A stretch of 64,000 nt of DNA from Leptolyngbyaceae cyanobacterium (GCA_965263355.1 CBDHHL010000056.1:576001-640000); one strand, 5' to 3'; shown: positions 31,412 through 42,558, counted from the first letter of the stretch. Notes: generated by a model from the sequence alone, not told the origin. A program made the numbers and translations.

Positions 31412-31638
31412 ATACGTGGGGTGAGCCACACCTATTTTTAGTGTATGAAATAGGTGATTCGAGAAGTTTGTTCTCAATGGCCATATTACAGCCCACCGTA
31501 CTGAGTTTTTCCAATAGGCTTAAATTGGGGTACGGCGAGGACAATTGTATCTGTATCCCGAACTCTTTTTTACTGAAGATTTAGGAGGTGAAATTGTGAC
31601 CATGAAACTATTGTTTAATAAGGCATTACTGAATAGAG

Positions 31639-32214
31639 TTACCAAAACCCATTCAGGCTGAGAACAAACTCAGGCAAAATAGGATCTCCTGATAGTTGAT
31701 TCGGTTGTTCCAAAACCTCTTTTGGACTGTTAGAACGATAAATTTCAACCTGTTTCGCCTTGCGATTTAACAACCAGCCTAGCCTTACGCCATTCTCCAT
31801 ATACTCCTGCATTTTCGCTTGTGCCTCAGTCAAGCTATCCGTCAGCGACATCAACTCCAATACAAAATCTGGTGCTAACGGCGGAAATTTCTCCCGTTGT
31901 TGAGGGGTTAGGGAGTCCCATCGCTCCTGTTTAACCCAAGCAACATCGGGGGATCGATCCGCTCCATTCGGCAAATGAAAGCCCGTAGATGAGTCAAACA
32001 CAACGCCTAATTTGCACTGCTCGTTCCACACACCTAACCGAATTAGCAGATTAGCATTCCTGGCCCCTGTCTCTCCACCCGTTGGGGGCATAACAATTAA
32101 ATCTCCTTGTGCCGTCCGTTCTAGTTTCCAATCTGGATTTGCTCGACACAGATCATAAAATTGATCGGATGTAAACGAAGCCGTAGCAGGCATTCTCAGG
32201 ACAGACTGTGCCAT
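31639..32214 (-). CDS. Uma2 family endonuclease-like protein (DUF820)
   Basis: LERTAQG.LIVMPPTGG, FDSSTGF.LPNGA.RSPD, KMQEY..NGVRLGWL. Confidence 0.9.
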   Translation of the reverse strand: MAQSVLRMPATASFTSDQFYDLCRANPDWKLERTAQGDLIVMPPTGGETGARNANLLIRLGVWNEQCKLGVVFDSSTGFHLPNGADRSPDVAWVKQERWDSLTPQQREKFPPLAPDFVLELMSLTDSLTEAQAKMQEYMENGVRLGWLLNRKAKQVEIYRSNSPKEVLEQPNQLSGDPILPEFVLSLNGFW

Positions 32215-32288
32215 AGTTAAATCCGATGAATACTAATGGCATTTTAGCGTTTGCAGACTAAAGGTTCACCCATCGAAATGCACTCCCT

Positions 32289-32356
32289 TTCTGAATTCTG
32301 AATTCTGAATTCTGAATTCGGACCTAGCCAACGTTTCCCGGCTGAAGTTGATACCC
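32289..32356 (-). repeat. (CTGAATT)4 heptamer STRR joined to one end of the GGGTATCAACTT repeat family
   Basis: Minus strand GGGTATCAACTTCAGCCGGGAAACGTTGGCTAGG followed by four heptamer copies. Confidence 0.75.
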
Positions 32357-32360
32357 GGCC

Positions 32361-33539
32361 TTACTCATCCACACCCCAGGCATCTAGCAGAGCCGTTGCC
32401 CGTTCCACCTCAGACTCGTTATCTTGTTCCTCGTAGAGTTCTTTTGCTTTTTGTAGAGCATCGATCGCGGCATCCCGACGACCCTGGCCCCAAAGCGCTA
32501 AGCCTAAGTTATAACGAGCACCGGCATCCTCAGGAAACTGCCGGACAATTTGGCGATAGGAAATGACCGCTCGAATATATTGCTTGCGCTCTAGCAACAA
32601 TGCCCCAAGGGAAGCCTGGGCAGGGACAAAACTAGGATTAGCCTCGACGGTTTCCTCAAAATGGATAAATGCCGCATCTATATCGCCACGTCCTTCCAGC
32701 ATCAGTGCCAGTTGGTAATGGCTTTCCCAATCCCGAGGATTGGCGGCAATGGCACGACGTAAGGATTCTTCTGCCTGACGGGTGCGGCCTTGATGGAGCC
32801 AGATTTTGGCCAGGTTGCCATGGATACTGCCCCGGCGATTATCAATGCGCAGGGCCCGCTGCAGAGGGGGTAGCGCATCTTCGTAACGCTCTTGTTCTAT
32901 GTAAAGTAGCCCAATGGCTTCGTAGACTTGGGCATTATTGGGCGATAGCCGCGCGGCTTCTTCCAGTGAATTGAGGGCCAGGTCATACTCTTCTAACCGC
33001 AATAGCATATTGCCTAACCCCAAAAAGGCGTCGAACTCCCTGGGGGCCATGCGAGTAATGGCGCGATAGGTATCAGCAGCTTCAGCGTAACGCCCTGCTT
33101 GATAGAGGCTCAAGGCCAGTCCATAGCGAAAGGATACATTGCGACTATCGCGGTCAATGGCCTGACGATAGCTTTCTACCGCCAGTTGAAAGTCTCCTTT
33201 TAGAAACTGCAGATAGCCAATTCCTGAATGCAGCCGAGCATTATTGCGGTCAATGGTAAGGGCCTGTTGATAGGCTGCGATCGCAGCCGAATAATTTTCG
33301 TTATCCACATTTCGCTGAGCCTCCGTCAGCAATTCCGCCACCCGTTCCTTTTCATAATCCGACAGCTCGCTAAGCTGCACATCAGTCTGCCCATCAATCA
33401 GAATTTCACTCTGAGCCAGCAGTATAGGAGGACGCTCAAAAGCATTGGCAGCAGCCAATGGCAACAGCCAAAGCATCCCCGCCAGGGTGGCCACCAGCCC
33501 AGATTGGCCGGGTAGTACTTTAGGTATTGCAATTGACAT
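32361..33539 (-). CDS. Secreted tetratricopeptide repeat protein
   Basis: Signal peptide (AANA); about eight 34-aa TPR units. Confidence 0.88.
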   Translation of the reverse strand: MSIAIPKVLPGQSGLVATLAGMLWLLPLAAANAFERPPILLAQSEILIDGQTDVQLSELSDYEKERVAELLTEAQRNVDNENYSAAIAAYQQALTIDRNNARLHSGIGYLQFLKGDFQLAVESYRQAIDRDSRNVSFRYGLALSLYQAGRYAEAADTYRAITRMAPREFDAFLGLGNMLLRLEEYDLALNSLEEAARLSPNNAQVYEAIGLLYIEQERYEDALPPLQRALRIDNRRGSIHGNLAKIWLHQGRTRQAEESLRRAIAANPRDWESHYQLALMLEGRGDIDAAFIHFEETVEANPSFVPAQASLGALLLERKQYIRAVISYRQIVRQFPEDAGARYNLGLALWGQGRRDAAIDALQKAKELYEEQDNESEVERATALLDAWGVDE

Positions 33540-33599
33540 CGATGTAGTCTCCTAACTCACTCCGTCGTAATATGGACGGTGCTGCTAACGTGATAAGCA

Positions 33600-33923
33600 A
33601 TGATTTTAGCAACTACCGATACACTTCAAGGACAAAATATTAAGCAATATTTGGGAATTGTCACTGCCGAGGTAGTTTATGGTAGTAACATGATCCGGGA
33701 TTTCTTTGCTGGTATCCGGGATGTTTTAGGGGGACGTACAGGATCCTACGAGCGTATTTTTGAACGGGGTCAACAGGACGCCCTCAAAGAATTAGAGAAG
33801 CGTGCCCAGCAGCTGGGGGCTGATGCTGTCATCGGCGTTCATTTAAAGACTGACACGATTAACCTGGATGAAACTGGGGTGCTGATGTTGATTACGGCCA
33901 GTGGAACGGCGATCAAGCTTTAG
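33600..33923 (+). CDS. ybjQ: YbjQ (UPF0145) family protein
   Basis: YLGIV, RD..GGR..SYE, GADAVIGV, ASGTA. Confidence 0.88.
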   Translation: MILATTDTLQGQNIKQYLGIVTAEVVYGSNMIRDFFAGIRDVLGGRTGSYERIFERGQQDALKELEKRAQQLGADAVIGVHLKTDTINLDETGVLMLITASGTAIKL

Positions 33924-34220
33924 GTCGGGAATGGGGAATTTCGATAGCCTTTGCTCCGTCTGCACCGACGCAGTATTAGGCTACTTGGGCAGAATCACCA
34001 ACCGTGACTAATGCTGAGTAACTTCACCAAGCGCTTCTTGCAGAATTTCATCACTAACACCATGCCATTTCAGACTGGTAATTAATATAAAGACAGTATC
34101 TCCCTCCAAGCGCTCTAAATCAGCCCGAAGACCTTGTCCAAATAGGTACGAGCTAGAGATTGATATCCCGAAACCCCGAGTATTGTCGTCCCCTCTGACA
34201 TCAACTAAATTTTGAAGCTC

Positions 34221-34260
34221 AAGAAAGCCCCCTCGAATCTTAAAGGTTCGAGGGGGCTTA
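34221..34260 (-). terminator. Rho-independent terminator of the RTX-like gene
   Basis: AAGCCCCCTCGAA / TTCGAGGGGGCTT stem ending in TTTCTT on the minus strand, ~60 bp after the stop codon. Confidence 0.75.
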
Positions 34261-34321
34261 TAAATTAGCCGACCAAACTGAGAGAGGGCTAACTTAGCAG
34301 CCCTATTAGGCAAGTTATTGA

Positions 34322-37300
34322 CTACACAAACGTAAACTGTTGACTATTATTCAAGTTCAGACTAGATGCATTAACTCCTTCAACGACACCAATCAAGTCA
34401 CCTGAGAAGCTAATACCTGCACTGATAACGCCATTAAGTGTCACATTAGAGATAAAGTAATCCGTAGCACTCCCTACCAGCTGAATGGTGTCAACAATAT
34501 CACCTGGAACATCAAATATGTCGAAGTCTGTAATAATGGCATAATCTAGATTGCCAAAATCATTGTAGAAGACTTCGCCAAGGCCGCCTTGCCGCTCACC
34601 CAAAACAAATATATCTTGGTCGTTGATATTCCCACTTGTGAGCGTATCAATTTCGCCACTTCCCCCTGCAACAAAGCTAGTACCATTTAGAACATCATTA
34701 CCAGATCCACCATTGATTAGGTCATTGCCTGCCCCACCGAAGATGAAGTCATTACCACCTAGACCATTCAGTAAATCATCGCCGTCTTGACCATCGAGGA
34801 CATTGCTACCACTGTTACCGATAATTGTGTCACTGACTTGGGTGCCGATCACTTGCTCAGTATTAATGATCGTAGTCGTGCCTCCAAAGCCTGTAAAGGT
34901 GTCAGCGGATAGGTCAATGGAGACTGCTTCGGAGAAGGTAACAATTGAACTCAGGTCAAGGGTGTCAAACCCACTGCCACCATTGACGTTGTCAATAAAC
35001 TCGCCATCATTGATAACAATGGTGTCATTTCCACCACCACCGTTAACAAAGTCTTCGTCCAGCCCCCCACTCAGGGTGTCATTACCGGCACCTCCATTAA
35101 TCGTATCGATGCCAATACCACCGGCAATCAGGTCGTTTCCACCCTGACCATCGAGAACATTGTCGGCATTACTGCCCACAATGGTGTCACTGACTTGAGT
35201 ACCGATCACTTGTTCAGTATTAATGATTGTGGTCGTGCCCCCAAAGCCTGTGAAGGTGTCATTGGATAGGTCAATGGAGACCGCTTCAGCAGGCGTAACA
35301 ATTAAACTCAGATCAAGGGTGTCAAACCCATTACCCCCATTGACGTTGTCAATAAACTCACCATCATTGATAACAATGGTGTCATCTCCACTGCCGCCAT
35401 TGACAAAGTCTTCGTCCAGTCCCCCATTGAGGGTGTCATTACCGGCCCCCCCATTAATGGTATCGATACCAATACCACCGACAATCAGGTCGTTTCCACC
35501 CTGACCATCCAATAAGTCATCACCATCTTGACCATCGAGGATATTGTCGGCATTATCGCCCACAATGGTGTCATTAACTTGGGTACCGATTACTTGCTCA
35601 GTATTAATGATTGTGGTTGTACCCCCAAAGCCTGTGAAGGTGTCAGTGGACAGGTCAATGGAGACCGCTTCAGAGAAGGTGACAATTGAACTCAGATCAA
35701 GGGTGTCAAACCCGCTGCCGCCATTGACATTGTCAATAAACTCGCCATCATTGATAACAATGGTGTCATCTCCACTGCCGCCATTGACAAAGTCTTCGTC
35801 CAGTCCCCCATTGAGGGTGTCATTACCGGCCCCCCCATTAATGGTATCGATACCAATACCACCGACAATCAGGTCGTTTCCACCCTGACCATCCAGTAAG
35901 TCATCACCATTTTGACCATCGAGGATATTGTCGGCATTATCGCCCACAATGGTGTCACTAACTTGGGTACCAATGACTTGCTCAATGTTAGTAATCGTGG
36001 TTGTGCCTCCAAAGCCTGTGAAGCTATTGGTGGACAGGTTAATGGAGACTGCTTCAGCAGGCGTAACAATTGAACTCAGATCAAGGGTGTCAAACCCACT
36101 GCCGCCATTGACGTTGTCGATAAACTCGCCATCATTAATAACAATGGTGTCATCTCCACCACCACCGTTGACAAAGTCTTCATCTAGACCTCCATTCAGG
36201 GTGTCATTACCGGCCCCTCCATTAATCGTGTCGATGCCAATACCACCCGCGATCAGGTCGTTTCCACCCTGACCGTCGAGGACATTGTCGGCATCATCGC
36301 CCACAATGGTGTCACTAACTTGGGTACCAATGACTTGCTCAATATTCGTAATCGTGGTCGTGCCCCCAAAGCCTGTAAAGCTATTGGTGAATAGGTCAAT
36401 GGAGACCGCTTCAGCAGGCGTAACAATTAATCGTGGTACCAATGACTTGCTCAATATTCGTAATTGTCTGTGAAGCTATTGGTGGTCAAGGGTGTCAAAC
36501 CCACTGCCGCCATTGACGTTGTCAATAAACTCGCCATCATTGATAACAATGGTGTCATCTCCACCGCCACCGTTGACAAAGTCTTCGTCCAGTCCTCCAT
36601 TCAGGGTGTCATTACCGGCCCCCCCGTTAATCGTGTCGATGCCAATACCACCCGCGATTAGGTCGTTTCCACCCTGACCGTCGAGGACATTGTCGGCATC
36701 ATCGCCCACAATGGTGTCACTAACTTGGGTACCAATGACTTGCTCAATATTCGTAATCGTGGTCGTGCCCCCAAAGCCTGTGAAGCTATTGGTGGACAGG
36801 TTAATGGAGACTGCTTCAGAGAAGGTGACAATTGAACTTAGATCAAGGGTGTCAAATCCACTGCCGCCATTGACGTTGTCAATAAACTCGCCATCATTGA
36901 TAACAATGGTGTCATCTCCACTGCCGCCATTGACAAAGTCTTCATCTAGACCTCCACTCAGGGTGTCATTACCAGCACCTCCATTAATCGTGTCGATGCC
37001 AATACCACCCGCGATTAGGTCGTTTCCACCCTGACCGTCGAGGACATTGTCGGCATCATCGCCCACAATGGTGTCACTAACTTGGGTACCAATGACTTGC
37101 TCAATATTCGTAATCGTGGTCGTGCCCCCAAAGCCTGTGAAGCTATTGGTGGACAGGTTAATGGAGACTGCTTCAGAGAAGGTGACAATTGAACTTAGAT
37201 CAAGGGTGTCAAATCCACTGCCGCCATTGACGTTGTCAATAAACTCGCCATCATTGATAACAATGGTGTCATCTCCACTGCCGCCATTGACAAAGTCTTC

Positions 37301-38884
37301 ATCTAGACCTCCACTCAGGGTGTCATTACCAGCACCTCCATTAATCGTGTCGATGCCAATACCACCCGCGATCAGGTCATTTCCACCCTGACCGTCGAGG
37401 ACATTGTCGGCATCATCGCCCACAATGGTGTCACTGACTTGGGTACCAATGACTTGCTCAATATTCGTAATCGTGGTCGTGCCCCCAAAGCCTGTAAAGC
37501 TATTGGTGAATAGGTCAATGGAGACCGCTTCAGCAGGCGTAACAATTAAACTCAGATCAAGGGTGTCAAACCCACTGCCGCCATTGACGTTGTCAATAAA
37601 CTCGCCATCATTGATAACAATGGTGTCATCTCCACTGCCACCGTTGACAAAGTCTTCGTCCAGTCCTCCATTCAGGGTGTCATTACCGGCACCCCCGTTA
37701 ATCGTGTCGATGCCAATACCACCCGCGATTAGGTCATTTCCACCCTGACCGTCGAGGACATTGTCGGCATCATCGCCCACAATGGTGTCACTGACTTGGG
37801 TACCAATGACTTGCTCAATATTCGTAATCGTGGTCGTGCCCCCAAAGCCTGTGAAGCTATTGGTGAATAGGTCAATGGAGACCGCTTCAGCAGGCGTAAC
37901 AATTAAACTCAGATCAAGGGTGTCAAACCCACTGCCGCCATTGACGTTGTCAATAAACTCGCCATCATTAATAACAATGGTGTCATCTCCACTGCCGCCA
38001 TTGACAAAGTCTTCGTCCAGTCCTCCATTCAGGGTGTCATTACCGGCCCCTCCATTAATCGTGTCGATGCCAATACCACCCGCGATTAGGTCATTTCCAC
38101 CCTGACCGTCGAGGACATTGTCGGCATCATCGCCCACAATGGTGTCACTAACTTGGGTACCAATGACTTGCTCAATGTTAGTAATCGTGGTTGTGCCCCC
38201 AAAGCCTGTGAAGCTATTGGTGGATAGGTCAATGGAGACTGCTTCAGAGAAGGTGACAATTGAACTTAGATCAAGGGTGTCAAATCCACTGCCGCCATTG
38301 ACGTTGTCAATAAATTCGCCATCATTGATAACAATGGTGTCATCTCCACCGCCACCGTTGACAAAGTCTTCATCCAGTCCCCCATTCAGGGTGTCATTAC
38401 CGGCACCTCCATTAATCGTGTCGATGCCAATACCACCCGCGATTAGGTCGTTTCCATCTTGACCATCAAGGACATTGTCAGCATTATCGCCAATGAGCGT
38501 ATCATTGCCTTGAGTCCCAACGACTTGTTCAATCCCAGCTATGACTGTCGTACCCCCTAAGCCTGTAAAGGTACCAATAGATAGGTCGACAAAAACGGCT
38601 TCAGAGGAATTCACAATTGGGCTCAGGATGAGACTGTCAAATCCAGTACCGCCATCAACGTTGTCAATAAATTCACCATTGTTTATCAAGATGATGTCAT
38701 CCCCGGCACCACCGATAACAGTATCAACGTCAAAGCCACCAGCAATTGTGTCGTTTCCGGAATTACCGTTAATTAGGTCAAAACCAATGCCACCTAAAAT
38801 GAAATCGTTACCGCCTTGGCCATTGATTTCATTATCATTACTATCGCCAATAAGGAGATCATTCAATTCAGTCCCTGTTGTCAT
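34322..38884 (-). pseudogene. RTX-like calcium-binding repeat protein (~1500 aa if intact), split by an in-frame TAG inside an insertion at 36431-36485
   Basis: Many GGxGxD nonapeptides; 11 copies of a ~119-aa module; C-terminal DIFVLG..YND..DYAIITDF region; both ORFs lie in the same frame. Confidence 0.85.
34780..38830 (-). repeat. Coding tandem repeat of 11 units (mostly 357 bp; two of 384 bp, one of 405 bp)
   Basis: Antisense ORF starts recur at 36690, 37047, 37404, 37761 and 38118; GEFIDNV occurs 11 times. Confidence 0.92.
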
Positions 38885-39370
38885 GATTGCAATCCTTTTA
38901 CTTTTGTGTGTCGAGCAATAGATTTCTAAGTATCGTGACCTGCAATAGTGCGTGTCTCTGACACACTGATACTAAGGAGAATGCCGATATTACACAGTGG
39001 AAATAACTGAATAACTTAATAACCAAATCCTGATAGCTGGATTGCCGAAAACTACAAGTCAGAAGCTGCAATTTGTGCTAAAGCAAAAAACTATACGTCG
39101 GGGCAGTTCTTTACTTTAAGGTGCGATCGCACCTACTACCATCAATAGCAACGTTACGTAGCCCAACTACTGAGGGAGTTCAGGCCTAGAACGCCTCTTC
39201 ACTGAGAAGTCGTTTAAGAAAATTCATGTTCTAATATAACCTTGACCCTGACCTTGCCGTAACTCGTACTACACCTGAATAATAGCGATGAAGGAGATGG
39301 AGGCAGCCGCTTTTAGGAGGGGATGTATGGCTAGACCTAACTATGGACCTCAAACTCAAAAACGGACTAG

Positions 39371-40180
39371 TGCATTGTCAAAGCTTAATTTTAGGGTAAA
39401 CGGAAGCTAGTTTACAACGAGCATCATCGACCTGCATCTGCCAGTCAACTCCCCGTTACCTGTTGTTGATATCGTTCGACCAAGCTGTCGTTTCAACCCG
39501 TAGCGTCTCGATGTCTTCAAAGCGTCTACCATCAATACACTGTCGAGTCATTGCACTCAACTCATTTTCTGCGATGTTGAGCCAACTGCCATGCTTCGGG
39601 GTATAACAAAATTCGATTCGCTGGACCAGTTGTCGCGCTCGTTCAGGCTCGAATGCTTCGTAAAAAGCCCCTTTAGTGTGAGTATTGAGATTGTCACATA
39701 CCAATTGTACTTTCTCGCAATCGGCATAGCGGTTCTCCAGTATGTGAGCCACTTCAAGCGCCCAATCCACTTTGGTGCGACTCGGACGTACACTCACTTG
39801 CCGCCAACCGGCTAACGGCTCAGTAAACATGAAAATACTCGCTGTCCCGGCTCGTTCATACTCATAGTCAATCCGTTTGCCGTGGTTAGCCGTGGCCGGA
39901 AGCGGGGGACGACTCTCTCGTTGAAATTGAACGGGTTGTTCATCCATGCAAATCGTCGGACGGGTTGGGTCGTAAGGCTGAGCATAAACATCTTCAGTAG
40001 AATCTGCGCTCGACGCACTTTCTGACTGCTACCCTTCAGCTTTTTGATCACCTCTTGTAACTGATGGCGCTCATCGGGAGTTAGACGGACAATGTACTTT
40101 TTCTGCATGGGATTCCGGTACCCTGCCTAGAGCTTACCGGAACACTCTCAATAACCCTAATTTTTAGTCTTGACGCTGCA
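39371..40180 (-). mobile_element. IS630-family insertion sequence, internally deleted and defective
   Basis: Imperfect ~28-bp TIRs TGCATTGTCAAAGCTTAATTTTAGGGT / TGCAGCGTCAAGACTAAAAATTAGGGT, each flanked by CTAG; DDE motifs CMDEQP, VCDNLNTH, WLNIAE. Confidence 0.92.
39378..40108 (-). pseudogene. IS630 transposase pseudogene
   Basis: MQKKYIVRL..RAQILLK joined out of frame to DVYAQPYD..CMDEQP; premature TAA at 39456 before RGVDWQM..VYPKIKL. Confidence 0.88.
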
Positions 40181-40208
40181 CTAGGCTTAAACGAGCGTTG
40201 AGCTTGGA

Positions 40209-41363
40209 TTAATTTGGTCGCCAGATATAGGTGGCAGCCTCTTTAGAACTTGAATTTTGTAGTTGTGTCAGTAAAGCTACTTGATTAGGCTCATGTTCAG
40301 CATTGAGAAATAATTGCTTAATAATATCTCCATGTTTTGTAAATAAAATCTGTTCAGTAGGTGTCAACTGTTGATAAATCCTTTCTATAATTGTCTGAAC
40401 ACCAAAACTAGCCAATGACCATTGAATATTGGTTAGAGAAAAGACTTGTATGCAGAGAGGCAATAACTGTTTCTCAATAACTGATACACTGTCTTCCAAG
40501 ATGCACAGCCAGATATATGCCTGAAACATGTTCAAATCCCGTAAGCTAGAGCTTTGTACTGCTGCAGATTGCAGTCTGCCTTGACAGCTAATGTGGTGAG
40601 GGAACACACTAATTGCCTGTTGATAGGTAAATGCCGATATAGAATTTACCCTTGGCATCATTTTTTTTACGAGAGCGATTGATTTGGTGATATCAGTTTT
40701 AGATACGGCAACTGAGCAGATTCGTTGCCATGGCATGCATATAAGTTCGTCCAAGACTTGTAGATAGGGAACGAGCCAAGTGCACTCATAGGGAGTGAGA
40801 TGGCTCAAAATGCGTTTGCGCGTGAGATGCATTTGGGTTGTCATAAACCCAATCATATGTCGGTTGATAGATGAAAAATAAATGGCTTTAAGTTCTCTAA
40901 TCAGAGGGCCTACCGTCAGTATTAGATTTTCAAAGCGAGGTATGACTAAGGCCGCTGCTTCTAGTTTGCCCGTGTCTGATTCGAGGACATGTATGTATTC
41001 AACAACTGGTGAAAAGATAAAAGACTTTGCATAACCGTCAATCAACGCCCTATAAATTTGCTCGATTTTAATACTGAGCTTCTGTAACTCCCAGGCATCT
41101 TGGGAAAGAGCTTCTGTTCTTGATAAAAGTTGGCTTGTATCAACGGTAGCTAAGGCACAGTCTAATTTTAGGCGATTACTAATTGTTTGAGAAGTAGCTA
41201 GGCGAGCATCATCGGCAATTGACGATCGCAACCGCTGTTCCACATGTCTTCTAACATGACTAGAAATACTCCCTAAGTCTGGCAGGTAGCGAGCAATCCA
41301 TATCTTCAGTAATTCGTTATCAACGTCAGTTCCTGCAGACTGAACTTTCTTAAGTTTATGCAT
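40209..41363 (-). CDS. Conserved cyanobacterial hypothetical protein with a putative phycobiliprotein/globin-like C-terminal domain
   Basis: 384-aa ORF; paralogous to the 8468-8848 fragment; RD-containing helix pattern resembles allophycocyanin. Confidence 0.7.
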   Translation of the reverse strand: MHKLKKVQSAGTDVDNELLKIWIARYLPDLGSISSHVRRHVEQRLRSSIADDARLATSQTISNRLKLDCALATVDTSQLLSRTEALSQDAWELQKLSIKIEQIYRALIDGYAKSFIFSPVVEYIHVLESDTGKLEAAALVIPRFENLILTVGPLIRELKAIYFSSINRHMIGFMTTQMHLTRKRILSHLTPYECTWLVPYLQVLDELICMPWQRICSVAVSKTDITKSIALVKKMMPRVNSISAFTYQQAISVFPHHISCQGRLQSAAVQSSSLRDLNMFQAYIWLCILEDSVSVIEKQLLPLCIQVFSLTNIQWSLASFGVQTIIERIYQQLTPTEQILFTKHGDIIKQLFLNAEHEPNQVALLTQLQNSSSKEAATYIWRPN

Positions 41364-41650
41364 TCTGAAGAAAATTGGTATGTTAATAAATAATCTACGC
41401 TGTGATATGACTCCATTTAGTATGGTGCGCGGGAGTATCTCAGCATAACTCGCACAATGTATATAGTTACTATCGATCCTTTAATATTGTCCATATCTAA
41501 TAAATATTCTCGAGAAAATGCTTAGAGTGAATATAATTTAAGCTAAATTGGTTGAATTGAAAATTAATGATTATTGCGAACAAAAATAATTTTCAAAGAG
41601 TTAGTTTATAAACAGTATTAGCCGATACTGCTAAATGTGAATAAGGAAAT

Positions 41651-41779
41651 GGGATATCAATTTAAGCTGGGAAATCTTGGTTAGGACTGAAGCCGGAAGT
41701 CGAAAAGGAAAGGCATTCCTAATTCCTAATTCCGAACTCTAGATTCCTGAGGAAATCGTCCCGCTTTATGTTGGTACCC
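41651..41779 (+). repeat. MITE-like dispersed repeat with internal heptamer STRR, copy 3
   Basis: GGGATATCAATTTAAGCTGGGAAATCTTGG ... ATTCCTA-type heptamers ... CCCGCTTTATGTTGGTACCC. Confidence 0.7.
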
Positions 41780-42224
41780 AGGGAATGCACTAACTGATGT
41801 AATCTCTGTGAGGGTGAATTTATCACCATCTCCTACATGATCAAATAGTTCGAGTTGTGAATTAAATGCATTACTTTATATACAATCACCTTGCCATATG
41901 GTTTAGATAGGCAATGCATAGGTAAGAATATCTTTTTAAATTCTTGATATACATACTTTATAATTTAAATTTTAAGTTAACTATAAGGATAAAAAACATA
42001 GTCGTGTACAACTAGTGGTGATTACATACTTTGTTGTATATGTTTTGAATGTATCTGTCGCTACTTTTTGCCTTTAAAACTGTGTTTTTAGTCAATAGCA
42101 TGTCTGCGATATATAGACGTCTTATACTAGTTTATGAATTGCATCTTTTGTCTAAAGTTGCTCGACGATACTAATCTGTCCTAATGTAGTTGAATTTATC
42201 ACTCTAAACTTAGTAGGAAGCCAT

Positions 42225-42268
42225 GGGTTGTTTCATAAGAAACATAGGGCACAACTTATAAAACAACC
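42225..42268. terminator. Hairpin downstream of the DUF4278 gene, possible terminator
   Basis: GGGTTGTTTCATAAG ... CTTATAAAACAACCC. Confidence 0.4.
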
Positions 42269-42321
42269 CAAATCCCCTTAAGGATATTCCAGGCTTCATT
42301 TGAAACTAGAGGATAAATGCA

Positions 42322-42558
42322 TTAAACAACTTGGGCAAGATTAACAAAGTACAGCGGATGCTGGTAGGTATTACCTTGATAGGTTAGGGCTACCACTTGA
42401 TCAATTGATGAAACTGTTTTAGGTCGCTCAATTGGAGGCGTGTAATCGTATTGCTGACCGCGATAGATGAGTTTGGTTTTGGGTTGATCGTTAACAACAA
42501 AATCAAATTGGATAGGGGCTGGCATTTCATAAGTGCTGCCGCGATAAGTAAGTTGCAT
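42322..42558 (-). CDS. DUF4278 domain small protein
   Basis: Three LxY(R/Q)G..Y repeats (MQLTYRG, LIYRG, LTYQG); AGGAG RBS. Confidence 0.85.
   Translation of the reverse strand: MQLTYRGSTYEMPAPIQFDFVVNDQPKTKLIYRGQQYDYTPPIERPKTVSSIDQVVALTYQGNTYQHPLYFVNLAQVV

Noticed and set aside
34008..34313. 101-aa ORF after the RTX gene
   Set aside because: TTG start and it runs through the terminator hairpin; the 3' half could be a gene remnant but no family is recognisable
34322..38884. Repeat variation as a diversity-generating retroelement
   Set aside because: No reverse transcriptase in the window and the differences do not look adenine-specific
34803..38921. Series of 114-aa plus-strand ORFs
   Set aside because: Antisense shadows of the RTX repeats
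39940..40010. IS630 two-ORF layout as a programmed frameshift
   Set aside because: The junction skips much of the HTH region and shows no slippery A-run, so it is a deletion
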